A stretch of 64,000 nt of DNA from Candidatus Latescibacterota bacterium (GCA_965219455.1 OZ244744.1:5728001-5792000), one strand, 5' to 3'; numbered from the stretch's first letter, positions 39,365 to 49,883 are shown. The notes: a model not told the origin generated them from the sequence alone. A program made the numbers and translations.

Positions 39365-39657
39365 GTGATTTGTGGCGGTCATGCACGTCTGCGTGACCGC
39401 TGTGCGACGAATATTCGCGAGCGAAGATTCATGTCGTCTCAGCATCTGCCGGGCCGGGCTGAGGAGAGCCGTCGGCCCGGAACCTTTTCCCGACTTGAGG
39501 GTATAAGTGGAAGAGAGACGAAACCGGCCGCGGGGCGAACGCCGTTGATCACAGGCATGAAAGTCCTGCTCTCCAGGACTTGATCCGGAACGAAGAGCGA
39601 ATCCATTCCAGGCGCCAGCATTATTGAATTCTACACATGACCTCACCGAATTGAACA

Positions 39658-40416
39658 ATGAATATCGTTCACCATCGCTTCAGTCACTCGCTCCTGGCAC
39701 AGTTGGCACGGTTTCGTGAGCGCCAGGGGAGATTTGTGCGTCTTCTACAGGATCATCCAACGGGTGTTCGCGTTTCGGTTCGCTCCAAAAACCCCGATAT
39801 AGACCTCAAACTCGACTATCGGGATCGCTTTCTCAAATCGGTGGGCGTATCCTTTCTTTTCATCCTGCTCGCCGTACTCATCTACCCCGAGCATGTCCCT
39901 ACCGTGGTTTTGAACGACCCCCAGATCGATGTCGTCCAGTGGGCGCAAATTCCCGAGACATCCCAGGCCCATCGTCCGCCCCCACCGCCTCGTCCGAGTG
40001 TTCCGATCGAGGTTGAAGGGGAGGAAGTCCCTGAAGACATTACGATCGAAACCACCGAACTGGATCTCGACGCACTCCCGCTGGATCTTCGCCTGAGGGG
40101 CCCGATAGCGACAGGCCCGCCGTCCGACGCTCCGATGGACGTGTTCGACATCGAGTACAAGCCGCATCCTATCCGCATCGTTGCGCCAGAATATCCGCCT
40201 GACGCTCACAGGAAAAAGCTGGAAGGAGAGGTTAAAGTTCGCGTCCTGGTGGACAAAAGGGGCCGCGTCGAAAAAGCGGAGGTCATCAGCGGTCCGGAGA
40301 TCTTTCGACGCTACGCCATCGACGCCGCACGGCAATTCCGCTTCCGCCCCGGTAAGCACGAAGGCCAAAAACGCAAGGTCTGGATGATAATGCCGATCAC
40401 TTTTTCGCTCAAATAA
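39658..40416 (+). CDS. Energy transducer TonB family protein
   Basis: TM anchor, Pro-rich PPPPPRP linker, PEYP..A...EGEVKVRVLVD..GRV, FRPG, MPITF. Confidence 0.88.
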   Translation: MNIVHHRFSHSLLAQLARFRERQGRFVRLLQDHPTGVRVSVRSKNPDIDLKLDYRDRFLKSVGVSFLFILLAVLIYPEHVPTVVLNDPQIDVVQWAQIPETSQAHRPPPPPRPSVPIEVEGEEVPEDITIETTELDLDALPLDLRLRGPIATGPPSDAPMDVFDIEYKPHPIRIVAPEYPPDAHRKKLEGEVKVRVLVDKRGRVEKAEVISGPEIFRRYAIDAARQFRFRPGKHEGQKRKVWMIMPITFSLK

Positions 40417-40555
40417 CCCCTATTTCCCATCGTTCCGTTCATTCCAATACGACATCCCCCCGATTCGCCACACCCGTGTCTGCCGAACTCCCGCAATACG
40501 TTGTTCCAATAAACGACGCCCTCGGAAGATCCTGGAATTCCTGCTCCCGAATCGT

Positions 40556-41257
40556 TCACCGTCCGAGTCGATGTCTCAGGACAAGCTCCTGAAGCAGAAT
40601 TCCATATTGTTCGCGCAATCTGGGGTTCAGCCTGAATGCGGTCTCGAAGGCCTGCCGGGCATCCTCAAAAAAGCCCTGAGCCGTCAGAACACGTCCCATC
40701 AGCACGTAATTCGGGGCGTATCCGGGCGCGAGTTCGGTGGACTTCGCGATCATATTCATGGCATCCTGAAGCTGGCGCCGCTGCAAAAGGATCCATCCCA
40801 TGCCCTGATACGCCTGAATCATTTCGGCGTCTTTCTCCAGCGCTTCCGTATACGCCATAAGGGATCGGTCCAAGTCTCCCAGCTTCTCGTGCAAGAAACC
40901 AAGGGCGACCCTGGCGCCCGCATCCGCGGAATCCAGCACGGCAATCCGCTCGCAAACAGGAACGGCCGGCGCGTAGGCTTCCTGGCGAAGATAAGCGCTC
41001 GCGAGCATTCGCAGCGCGTCGACGTTTGCAGAGTCTTCCAGGGTAAGCGCCTGAAGTTCCGTTGCCGCCAACGGATAGTCTCCCGCTTCCATTGCAGCCA
41101 CGGCCACAAGCAATTCCGGAGCCAACTGTACATTAAGCGAATCCGCGGCAACATTCAGACTGTCTTCAAATACCGGCGCCATCGGATCCGGCTCCCGGGC
41201 CTGGGCGTGCGCCGACAGGCAAAACACGACGGCCGCAACCCCCAACATCCGCTTCAA
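40556..41257 (-). CDS. Secreted tetratricopeptide repeat protein
   Basis: Signal peptide (SAHAQA) and TPR-like helices (ARVALG, AYQGMG, YVLMG, AFRLNP). Confidence 0.85.
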   Translation of the reverse strand: MKRMLGVAAVVFCLSAHAQAREPDPMAPVFEDSLNVAADSLNVQLAPELLVAVAAMEAGDYPLAATELQALTLEDSANVDALRMLASAYLRQEAYAPAVPVCERIAVLDSADAGARVALGFLHEKLGDLDRSLMAYTEALEKDAEMIQAYQGMGWILLQRRQLQDAMNMIAKSTELAPGYAPNYVLMGRVLTAQGFFEDARQAFETAFRLNPRLREQYGILLQELVLRHRLGR

Positions 41258-41450
41258 CGTTGCTCTCCTTCCGCGTCACCGCGCCATCATGTGAGTCGGC
41301 GGCTCCTCTTGTGGAAATCACCTGTCAAATTAGAGGTGGAAGGCATCCTTACCTCCCCCTTTTTTTTGTTTGACATGAGAAAATCGAATTCGTATTTCAT
41401 GCCTCAAATCCGCATTCCGTTCCAAGCTCCATTTCAAGCGAGGTACAACT

Positions 41451-42221
41451 ATGTTACTAGACGGCAAGAAGGCACTCGTCACCGGCTCGAGACGCAGCAT
41501 TGGCAGGGGGATCGCCCAGGCGCTGGCGGAAGCCGGATGCGACGTGGGCATCAACGACGTCGAGCGGGACGCCGATGCCGAAACAACCCTGGACCTTATC
41601 CGGGAAGCAGGCCGCGAAGCCGCCTTTTTTGAAGCCGATATCTCGAGCGCGCAGGACGTGGAGCGGATGTTCGGCGCTTTCCTGGATCGTTTCGGACGGA
41701 TCGACATTCTTGTGAACAACCCCTATTGGGCCGAAAACAGGCCCTTCATGGAAATCACCGAAGCGATCTGGGACCGCACGCTGGACGTCTGTCTGAAAGG
41801 GTATTTCCTGTGCAGCCAGGCGGCGGCGCGAAGCATGTCAGACCAGGGCGATGGCGGGAGCATCGTAAGCATTTCCTCGGTACACGCGCAGGCCGTATGG
41901 GAAAACGACACGTGTTACGGCACCGCAAAGGCGGGCATCCTGCGGCTTACCATGAGCATGGCCTACGAATTGGCGCCCCTCGGCATTCGCTGCAACGCCA
42001 TCCTGCCCGGTTATATGGACACCGTACACGCCTTCGGGCAGAACCCGCCTCCGCGCGGCAGCGCGCCCGAAAACCTCCACGGCTTCATCCCCACGCGCAG
42101 GGGCGGCACACCGGAAGACATCGGACGCGCCGTGGTCTTTCTCTCCAGCCCCCACGCCGCAAACATAAACGGCGTCTCACTGCCTGTGGACGGCGGCCTC
42201 CTCCTCACCGGCGTCCCATAG
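41451..42221 (+). CDS. Short-chain dehydrogenase/reductase
   Basis: TGSRRSIG, DILVNN, YGTAK, PG..DT, VDGG. Confidence 0.93.
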   Translation: MLLDGKKALVTGSRRSIGRGIAQALAEAGCDVGINDVERDADAETTLDLIREAGREAAFFEADISSAQDVERMFGAFLDRFGRIDILVNNPYWAENRPFMEITEAIWDRTLDVCLKGYFLCSQAAARSMSDQGDGGSIVSISSVHAQAVWENDTCYGTAKAGILRLTMSMAYELAPLGIRCNAILPGYMDTVHAFGQNPPPRGSAPENLHGFIPTRRGGTPEDIGRAVVFLSSPHAANINGVSLPVDGGLLLTGVP

Positions 42222-42244
42222 CGACGACAGTCCCAACGTTGCTG

Positions 42245-43003
42245 CTACTGGCCGAATTGTTGGGCGAACGCAATAAAGTCCGAAAAATCTACACTCCCGT
42301 CCCCACTCAGGTCGAACCGGGCGTCGAAGTTCGCGTCCCCCTCGCTCCGCCCGAAGTTCTGCGCAAACGAAATAAAGTCCGAAAAATCTACACTCCCATC
42401 CCCATTGAAGTCCGCCGAGGTCCCGGGCTCCGGCGGATCAACGGTAGGAGGTTCTTCTTCTACCTTCGCGAACCCCATCACGGCCAGGGGCGCTTCCAAA
42501 TTGAAGGTAGCCAATAACGGGCCATATTGACCGAGCGGAACGACCTGAACCAGAAACAGGGAATCTTCCCTGACGGAAAATCCCAAACTATCCCTCACTG
42601 CCTCATCCGCATCCTCGGGCGTATGCTCCAGAATCAGGTTGAAATCCTTGACTTCGTAGACGCCCTCCTGTTTCCGCAGCACGACAAACGTACTATCGAG
42701 GCTGAGATTGAACGTTGGCACGGACAGCTTCACCTTTACCGATGCGACGTAATCCGCCTCGTAGGTACCGGAATCGGCATCTAGAGTCAGGGTTCCGTCT
42801 ACCACTCCGTCGATGGTCGGATCGGCTAGTATAGCCAGCAAGCCCGGGGCCGCCCAAACCGGCAGCGCCGTCGAGTCCGCCATCCACGCGCCCGCGGGGT
42901 CACCGCCCTTGGGTTCCGGTTTCTCATCCAACAACTGCGCGTGCCCGATTGCCGGCCACAGCAACGGCATTCCAATGATGATCCATGTCACGAAGAAACG
43001 CAT
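42245..43003 (-). CDS. Secreted protein with C-terminal dockerin-like (paired EF-hand) domain
   Basis: Signal peptide; ADFNGDGSVDFSDFISFAQNFG and FDLSGDGSVDFSDFIAFAQQFG. Confidence 0.82.
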   Translation of the reverse strand: MRFFVTWIIIGMPLLWPAIGHAQLLDEKPEPKGGDPAGAWMADSTALPVWAAPGLLAILADPTIDGVVDGTLTLDADSGTYEADYVASVKVKLSVPTFNLSLDSTFVVLRKQEGVYEVKDFNLILEHTPEDADEAVRDSLGFSVREDSLFLVQVVPLGQYGPLLATFNLEAPLAVMGFAKVEEEPPTVDPPEPGTSADFNGDGSVDFSDFISFAQNFGRSEGDANFDARFDLSGDGSVDFSDFIAFAQQFGQ

Positions 43004-43347
43004 CGTAGCCCTCCCTTGAATTTGTTATCGGTAATCTTTGCAATCCGGCAACTGATTTACGCGATTGTCTACTATTCAGGAATACGGCGGAGCGTGGCAG
43101 CACAGTTCTCCACTGCCAAACCGCACGCGTCGTTTCCGTCATTCGATCGAACAGATACCTATGATTTAATACACAGCGGTGACCGGCGACCTTCCTCAGC
43201 CAAGCAGCTGGTTTGACCTTAAGCAAGTCATTCCGGGTGTAGAACCGATTGCCGGAAAGTCCTGTTTATGGAGCATTTATCGCACCAGCCGGCACGTTGT
43301 CCGACATCGTCCGATTCATTCCGTCGTCCGCGTCGCAAAGTCTTCAC

Positions 43348-43376
43348 AACATAAGCAAATCGACCCCCCAAGTCAA
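43348..43376 (-). promoter_or_regulatory. Putative sigma70 promoter with a long leader to 43003
   Basis: Minus strand TTGACT-N17-TATGTT. Confidence 0.4.
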
Positions 43377-43614
43377 GAATACGCGCCCCCGACGCGCAAA
43401 GATACTATGCGGTCTGTTTCAAACGTGACGGGCCGCACTTACCAGAAACATAAATAAAAGCCCTCTGATTGCAAGGGCTTGAATGTCGTTTTCAAAGGCA
43501 TAAACTGCGCTTGAGGCGGTTCGTCCGCGCGAGAATGCAATCCATCCATGCGCTTCAAGCTACCGACGCGGTAGCGGATCAGGTTTGTACAATGATGTTG
43601 GCACGGGCCGGTTC

Positions 43615-44382
43615 TCACCTGCCCTTTTCGAACGCCATCATGTCAACGGGATCGGGGCTTTCAAACACAGCCCGTGGCAGGTCATCGAAAACCGCAACGT
43701 CGGTATGCGACGTCCGTCCTCGACTCGCAGACAGCATGATTCCGCCGTGCGGCTTCCAGCCGGTCCACGGACCGACAAAACGCGGTTCGGCGTCTGCCGC
43801 CTTTCTGTAGAACGCCCACTGTTCCACCAGCATACGTTCCTTGTCCACATAAACGTCGTATTTATTCTGCGGGGTCACGCCGACGTTGTCGAACGTCAGC
43901 GTCAGAACAAACGCGTCCCGCCCATTCTCCATCGTTCCCTCGCCGCTAAATTTCAGTGTCACGCCTGAATCCTTCAGCTTGTATGGCATCACCAGCCAGT
44001 ACGAATCGTTGATCCAGGCGCGGTACCCGCGGTTCAGATATTTTTTCAGTGAATCCGGCTCCGCGATTTCCTCCCCGCCTTTCCACGCGCGCCCGTTCCT
44101 GCTATTGACGTTCATCAGGGTGACGCGATCGGCCTCCTCAAAGCGGACGTCGCCGGTCCATCGGTCCCACACGTGCAACCCCCGTCCGAAGAATCTCCAG
44201 GTGAGATACCGGGTTCCGTCCCAGTTCCGGCGGCCTCCCATTTTCCTCATTACGGCATCTGCAATCTCAATCGCCCTCGCGTCGGAACCGGCAACATCGA
44301 ATCCTTCAGCCGGCGGATTCCCGGCACCTGGGGCGCACGCGGCCGCGAAGAGCAGCAACAGCAATAGTCGCAATGGGGTCAT
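43615..44382 (-). CDS. Conserved hypothetical lipoprotein
   Basis: Signal with AAAC lipobox; MGG..NW, WINDSYWLVMPYKLKD.GV.L, VGVTP.NKY. Confidence 0.7.
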   Translation of the reverse strand: MTPLRLLLLLLFAAACAPGAGNPPAEGFDVAGSDARAIEIADAVMRKMGGRRNWDGTRYLTWRFFGRGLHVWDRWTGDVRFEEADRVTLMNVNSRNGRAWKGGEEIAEPDSLKKYLNRGYRAWINDSYWLVMPYKLKDSGVTLKFSGEGTMENGRDAFVLTLTFDNVGVTPQNKYDVYVDKERMLVEQWAFYRKAADAEPRFVGPWTGWKPHGGIMLSASRGRTSHTDVAVFDDLPRAVFESPDPVDMMAFEKGR

Positions 44383-44395
44383 GTGGTGTACCGCC

Positions 44396-45226
44396 TCACG
44401 GCCAGCGTGTTTCAAATGCATCGGCGCCTTCTCCGTAAACCACGTCACCGTATCCCTTCCAGGCCGCCATCTCATCCGGACCCGGCTCGCCAGGCTCTGT
44501 CAACACCGTCAGATTTTGCCGCAGGTGAGTCTCGCTGGCGGGCGCGGTCAATGCCAGGTGGACAGCCGGGTGCTGCAGGACGAAGCGGTAACAATCCGCG
44601 GCCGAGGGCGCCTGCCCCGGCCAATCGGCATGCCCCTTCAGCAGCGAACCCCAGCGTGTACAGGTGAACGCGACCACGGGTACGCCCGCCTCAATTGCCG
44701 CGGGTAACACTGCGTGCTCCGACTTCCGATGCGCCATGTTGTACCGGTGCATCAGCACCTGGACCCGACCGCTCTCGACAAGGGCAATCGAAAGCGGACG
44801 GCTATGGGCGGTTGCGCCAACGTAACGGACGTTTCCGTCGTTCTTCCATTTCCAGATTTCGTCGATCGCGCCGCCCTTTCCCAGCACCTTCTGAATATCA
44901 TCCGCAGGCGAAACATACTCGGCAAAAAACAGGTCGATCGCATCCACACCCAGCGCCCCACGCGCCGCGTCAAAATAATCCCGCATCTCAACCGGATCTC
45001 GGGACTCCGTACCGGTCGCGACGAATACCTCGTCTCGACGTTGCCGGAGCAGACGCTTCACGCCGTCGACCAATCCGCCAAAGTTCAGGCCGTAAAAGAA
45101 AAAGAAATTCACCCCGGCCTGGTGTGCGATCGGGGTGAACTCGCTCTGCGTCTCGGGAGAACCCGCAAGGCCCAGCGGCTGAACCGCTCCACCCGCCAAT
45201 GTTCTGATGTCATTGGAATCGTTCAC
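44396..45226 (-). CDS. Aldo/keto reductase-like protein
   Basis: GNVRYVGATAH, MHRYNMAHR, FTCTRWG, CYRFVL.HPAV. Confidence 0.8.
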   Translation of the reverse strand: MNDSNDIRTLAGGAVQPLGLAGSPETQSEFTPIAHQAGVNFFFFYGLNFGGLVDGVKRLLRQRRDEVFVATGTESRDPVEMRDYFDAARGALGVDAIDLFFAEYVSPADDIQKVLGKGGAIDEIWKWKNDGNVRYVGATAHSRPLSIALVESGRVQVLMHRYNMAHRKSEHAVLPAAIEAGVPVVAFTCTRWGSLLKGHADWPGQAPSAADCYRFVLQHPAVHLALTAPASETHLRQNLTVLTEPGEPGPDEMAAWKGYGDVVYGEGADAFETRWP

Positions 45227-45284
45227 AAGTCACCCGGGGCAAGAACGACGATGGGTCGATCATCTCCAACTTCCACTTCATCTC

Positions 45285-46358
45285 TCATGAATGCACCCCG
45301 ATCCGGCGGCCGGTTTCGCTGGATTCGTAGGCCGCCTCGATGATCCTGGCCACCTTGAGCGCGTCGTCGCCGGTGGCCGGCGGCTCCCCGTCTCCGTTCA
45401 CTGCGCGAAAAAACCGTTCCAGGAACGCCATTCCGAACGCGCCTCCGTAACAGTCCACCTGGGGCAACGCGTACCGATACGAGCGCGCCGGGGAGGCCTG
45501 CCAGCCCGGTGTCGCGCTCTCTGCGTGCAATACAGGCGGTTTGTCGACTGGATTCCAGTACACCCTTCCTTCGGTGCCGCGAAACCCGACGTAGTTGTCG
45601 TACGTCGCACCCGAATAACCAGGGATGCTCACCGCGAGCTGATACCCGGCATGCAGGCTGCCGATGGCGCCCCCTCTGAACCGGAATGCGAGCGATGCCA
45701 CGTCTTCCACGTCGATGTCCTCGCCGCTCAGCGTGTCGGCAATCGCACAGACCTCGACCACGTCATCGTCCATTACATAGCGCAACAGATCGATGTAGTG
45801 ACATCCCAACCACGAGAGGATCCCGCCGCCCGCTTTCCGTTTGTCGAACAACCAGTGCTGGGGATTTCGAAACCTCACTTGCGACGTAATCATCCTTGCC
45901 TCGCACCCCGTGACCCGGCCGATGATCCCCTCCTTCACCAATCGGCGCGCCTCGCGGGAGACCGGATGGTACCGGTTCTGGTACATCACGCCCAGTTTCA
46001 CGTCCGATCGCGCCGCGGCGTCGACAATCCGAGACAGTTCCGCCGAGGAATCGGAAATCGGCTTCTCGCTGATCACGTGGACGCCGCTGTCGATCAGCCT
46101 GAGGCAAAGCGGCCCGTTAAGGTGATTCTGAAAATCCGCGATTCCCACCTCGAAGGATTCTTTATCGAGCATCTCATCCAGGTCGTGGTATCCCCCTTCG
46201 ACCTTGTTTCGCATTGTCTTCTGAACTTCGGCGACAACCCGCGGGTCGTCGTCATACAGCACGATACCACGCACCAAATCGGACAACTGCAGTGTTTTCA
46301 GGTGCGCAAGAGAATGGGGGTGCGCCAGCCCGAATTGAGCCACTCGTATCCTGTCCAT
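45285..46358 (-). CDS. Gfo/Idh/MocA family oxidoreductase
   Basis: HVISEKP, YQNRY.P, GGGIL.WLGCHYID, DVED. Confidence 0.92.
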   Translation of the reverse strand: MDRIRVAQFGLAHPHSLAHLKTLQLSDLVRGIVLYDDDPRVVAEVQKTMRNKVEGGYHDLDEMLDKESFEVGIADFQNHLNGPLCLRLIDSGVHVISEKPISDSSAELSRIVDAAARSDVKLGVMYQNRYHPVSREARRLVKEGIIGRVTGCEARMITSQVRFRNPQHWLFDKRKAGGGILSWLGCHYIDLLRYVMDDDVVEVCAIADTLSGEDIDVEDVASLAFRFRGGAIGSLHAGYQLAVSIPGYSGATYDNYVGFRGTEGRVYWNPVDKPPVLHAESATPGWQASPARSYRYALPQVDCYGGAFGMAFLERFFRAVNGDGEPPATGDDALKVARIIEAAYESSETGRRIGVHS

Positions 46359-46488
46359 ATCTCCGAATTCTCTCCCTGAGCGTGGAAACACCCTCGCACC
46401 GGTCTCCACCCAACTCTACGCCTGCCAACTCGCCTGCGACGCCCCGTGCAAGGGCATTGTGCAAGCTGCGAGTCGGATGTCAAAGCAC

Positions 46489-48105
46489 TCACGCACGATG
46501 CAACTTCACCCGATCCAGTATCCGCTGGAAATTCCCGCCCAGAACCTTCTCTTTCACCTCCAGGGGCAACTCCGCCCAAACCACCCATCCGAGCTGCTGC
46601 CGCGGGTCTCTCATGGGGGCGTCCGTGCCGAACAGCACGTGGTCCTCATCCGTTGCCGACACCAGAAACTCCACCACGCGGTTCGTCACGGGGGTTAGTG
46701 TGATCTCGGCATAGACGTTCGGATGCTCCCGGATACAGGCGGCCACTTCCTCCGCGAACGAATAGCTCCCCCCCGCGTGCGCAATCAGCCAACTCACCTC
46801 CGGGAACCGATCCGCCAACCTTCCGATACCTACCACCCCGCCCGTATGCCCGGCCACGTGCATCAACGCGTACAGGCTGTGTTCGTTTCCAAACTCCCAC
46901 CAGGGCGTGAATTTCTCATCTTCATAATTCAGGTTCATCCGCACGTAGGGCTTCATTCCCACGAATCCCTGATCGATGTACCGAAGGCGTATCTCGGCCT
47001 GCATCTCGGCGGCTGTCATATGGGTTGGATCGATAACCGCCACGCCGATCACCCGGTCGCAGAATTTCCGCATGGCCCGCCAGACAATTTCGTTGCCGTC
47101 GTGAGCATCCACGCAGACCGGCGCATTCCAGCTCATCATGGCGGTCCGGTCGATGCCGCAACGCGCGTTAAGGGACAACATATGTTCGGCGTCACCATCG
47201 TACATAAGGTAATTCACACCCGCCGTCTGCCCGCCTTCGTGCAGCACGTGGGAGTGGGCGTCCAGGACCGGAACGGACAGAGGTTGACCCGCCCTGGCCT
47301 CGGCCACGATTCCATCGGCTCCCTCCGAGGGCGATGCCGATTCGACGGGACCCTGTCCCTTCAACAACCTTTTCAGGTTCCCCCCCGCGATCCGGCGTTT
47401 GGAAGTCTCCGGGATCTGCGCGTAATCCACGTAAAAACGCGCCGCCCCGGGCGACTTCTCCGTGCCTCCGGTACCGAACAACAGGCGCTCGTCTCCGAAA
47501 TCCGCCACGTATTTCTCAATACCGCGGTTGATCTGGTATGACGAAAACTCCAGGTGCAGGTTCTCGTGCCGCTGCATCAACGCGTAAACGTGGCGCTGCT
47601 GGCTCCAGACATGATCTGTCAACAGAACCGGCAACCGTGGGTACCGGCACAGCAATTCGTGGAAGAACGTAAAGAGATCCGGCATTCCCCACCCCACCTC
47701 CAGCAACGTCAGGATTCCGTGGTGTTGCAGCGCCTCAAAAGTGGGACCCACCACTTCCGGATGCATGGAATATCCGCCCGGCGCCAGTCGCACGGCCCGC
47801 ACGTCCTCCTCCTCCATCGCCCCGATCAACGCGTCTCCGTCGGCGAAGAAACCGGGATCTCCGAGCGGAACGATACACCACGCGGCAAACAGCCTGTCCG
47901 GCGCTTTTGCCCGTTCCGACTGCAGCCGGCGATTTCCGTACGCGGAGTCGTAACTCAGGGCCACGCCGTGCGTCACCAGCGCGCCGGATATCTCGGCCAG
48001 GTCCATATCTTCAAGAAGATGCTCGGTAGACCAACGCACCCGCGGATGTTTCATGGGGCGCTGACCAACGGTTGCGTGACAATCAAAATAGAGCAGATTC
48101 GACAT
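46489..48105 (-). CDS. Tandem two-domain amidohydrolase (Amidohydro_2-like x2)
   Basis: FDCHATVG...RLLFGTG in the first half; LDAHSH...IAHAGG...VLFGTDAP..DP in the second half. Confidence 0.85.
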   Translation of the reverse strand: MSNLLYFDCHATVGQRPMKHPRVRWSTEHLLEDMDLAEISGALVTHGVALSYDSAYGNRRLQSERAKAPDRLFAAWCIVPLGDPGFFADGDALIGAMEEEDVRAVRLAPGGYSMHPEVVGPTFEALQHHGILTLLEVGWGMPDLFTFFHELLCRYPRLPVLLTDHVWSQQRHVYALMQRHENLHLEFSSYQINRGIEKYVADFGDERLLFGTGGTEKSPGAARFYVDYAQIPETSKRRIAGGNLKRLLKGQGPVESASPSEGADGIVAEARAGQPLSVPVLDAHSHVLHEGGQTAGVNYLMYDGDAEHMLSLNARCGIDRTAMMSWNAPVCVDAHDGNEIVWRAMRKFCDRVIGVAVIDPTHMTAAEMQAEIRLRYIDQGFVGMKPYVRMNLNYEDEKFTPWWEFGNEHSLYALMHVAGHTGGVVGIGRLADRFPEVSWLIAHAGGSYSFAEEVAACIREHPNVYAEITLTPVTNRVVEFLVSATDEDHVLFGTDAPMRDPRQQLGWVVWAELPLEVKEKVLGGNFQRILDRVKLHRA

Positions 48106-48221
48106 GCCCTGTTCCTCCTGCGGGATGCATTTTCCTGCCGCGTTACACCTTCAGAATCCCGTCCTGGAAATGGTCGCCATTCATCCGCCTGCCTCGCATG
48201 CTTCAGCAGGCAGGCCGGTTC

Positions 48222-49040
48222 CTACTGACAATGCGATCCGAATTCCCTGTACTGCCTGACCGGCTGTTCGTGGTATTCCCGAACCAAATGCTCCAGACGG
48301 TCCACCGCCAGGTTGAAGACCCGCTCGCCCTTCTCCCTGCTGGCCGCGCTGGAACTGCCCATCGTGCCGGTGATATCGCGGGTATCCCTGCGGCGTTCCG
48401 AGAACCCGCCGAAATGCCGGAGATCATCGCTGAACGGATTCGGGAAAATATCGTCGTTCATCAGGTGTTTCGCGATGAGATGCTCCCGCAGATACAGCAT
48501 GACCGATGTCTCCCACTCTCCGCCGTGTCCCACGCTGCCGTTGTCCGCATCGCTCCACTCCAGCATCTCCTCCGCAACGGACTGCCACCAGCTATAGGCC
48601 ACCACAAACACGTTCTCTTCCGCTATGGTGTCCCGAACCACGTGGTTGGGCGCCATATTGCCCCCGTGCCCGTTCACCATCACGATACGCTTGAAGCCGT
48701 TGTCACAGATACTCCGACAGACGTCGCCAACCAGGTTCAGGTATGTCTCGATGCGCAGGCTGATCGTGCCGGCAAACCCCTTGTTGTAGTGTGTGAACCC
48801 GGACCAGATGGGCGGCGCGACGATCACGGGAAAGTCATCCACACGCTGCGCCACGCGCGCCGCCATATAGAATGGCCCGACGATATCTACATCCATCGGG
48901 CAATGGGGTCCGTGCTGCTCCACCGAACCGGTCGGCAAAATCACCACGGGATCGTGTCTCAGGGCCTCTTCGAACTCGTGGCGCCACATCTCCTGCCAGA
49001 GGACCTTCTTATTCGTGCCGTCGTAGGACACCTTGTACAT
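48222..49040 (-). CDS. Creatininase/creatinine amidohydrolase family
   Basis: PTGSVEQHGPH.P.DVD, GTIS, NGHGGN, GHGGEWETS. Confidence 0.93.
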   Translation of the reverse strand: MYKVSYDGTNKKVLWQEMWRHEFEEALRHDPVVILPTGSVEQHGPHCPMDVDIVGPFYMAARVAQRVDDFPVIVAPPIWSGFTHYNKGFAGTISLRIETYLNLVGDVCRSICDNGFKRIVMVNGHGGNMAPNHVVRDTIAEENVFVVAYSWWQSVAEEMLEWSDADNGSVGHGGEWETSVMLYLREHLIAKHLMNDDIFPNPFSDDLRHFGGFSERRRDTRDITGTMGSSSAASREKGERVFNLAVDRLEHLVREYHEQPVRQYREFGSHCQ

Positions 49041-49064
49041 GGATGCCTCCTCCATGGTCAGCCG

Positions 49065-49883
49065 TCAGTCGAACGGCCAGAGCTTGAGCACCGTCTTGCC
49101 CAGAATCCACTCCCGGTCCGATTCGTTCAGAAACGCCAGTTCCCTCCTTACCAGATCCAGCGCTCCGGTATAGCCGCACTTCTGTTCAACGAGCGGCCAG
49201 TCGGTGCCCCACATGAGCCGTTCCGGTCCGAACGCGTCGTACACCTGTTTCACCACCGCGTGCGTATCCCGGTACGGATACGATTCATGAGACACCGCCC
49301 AGGTGCCCGAGATCTTCACGTACACCTCCGGATACCGTGCGAGTTGCAGCAGATTCCCGGCGCCGTCGGGCCGATCTACCAACGGTCTGGCCATATGGTC
49401 GACGCAAACCTGTACATCGTCGTACTTTCGAATCCAGCGCTCCAGGTCCGGCAACCGTGCCTGTTCAGTTAAGATGCACATCGGCACCTTCAATTCTCGC
49501 GTTCGCCGCCAGAGCCGGTCCAGTCCGGGCCGTGTGAACCAGTCTCCCTCCGGCCCCGCACCCGGGCTCAACCGCACGCCTCGGAAACCATATTCCTCTA
49601 CCCATCGGCTGAGATCGTCGGCAGCAGACGGACTGTTCGGATCCACGCGGCAGACGGCTTCGAAAAGATCCGGGTATTTTTTCAGACAGTCGCCCGCGTA
49701 CCGGTTGTCCCACTTGTAGTGAATCACCTGCACCAGCACGGTCTTTTCCGTACCGTGACGCGCCATCTGCTCCAGCAGCATGTCACAGGACGCATCCTCC
49801 CCCGGCGGATTCGGATTGTCAGGCGCCCAGGGATATGCCGGGTCGTTCACCCATACGTGAACGTGAGGATCGATGATTCGCAT
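49065..49883 (-). CDS. Amidohydrolase (lactonase-like, Amidohydro_2)
   Basis: IDPHVHVW, VDHMA, YVKISG, RLMWGTDWP. Confidence 0.92.
   Translation of the reverse strand: MRIIDPHVHVWVNDPAYPWAPDNPNPPGEDASCDMLLEQMARHGTEKTVLVQVIHYKWDNRYAGDCLKKYPDLFEAVCRVDPNSPSAADDLSRWVEEYGFRGVRLSPGAGPEGDWFTRPGLDRLWRRTRELKVPMCILTEQARLPDLERWIRKYDDVQVCVDHMARPLVDRPDGAGNLLQLARYPEVYVKISGTWAVSHESYPYRDTHAVVKQVYDAFGPERLMWGTDWPLVEQKCGYTGALDLVRRELAFLNESDREWILGKTVLKLWPFD

Noticed and set aside
39459-39550. Hammerhead ribozyme (CTGAGGA...CGAAAC)
   Set aside because: Stems II and III and the NUH site do not pair properly around the core; CTGAGGA lies within another hairpin
42272-42397. 27-bp direct repeat AATAAAGTCCGAAAAATCTACACTCCC as a mini-CRISPR
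   Set aside because: Two copies only, in frame; they encode the duplicated dockerin-like EF-hand; no cas genes
43457-43481. AAGCCCT...AGGGCTT hairpin in an AT-rich gap as an integration site
   Set aside because: No integrase, tRNA or flanking direct repeat; at most a terminator-like stem
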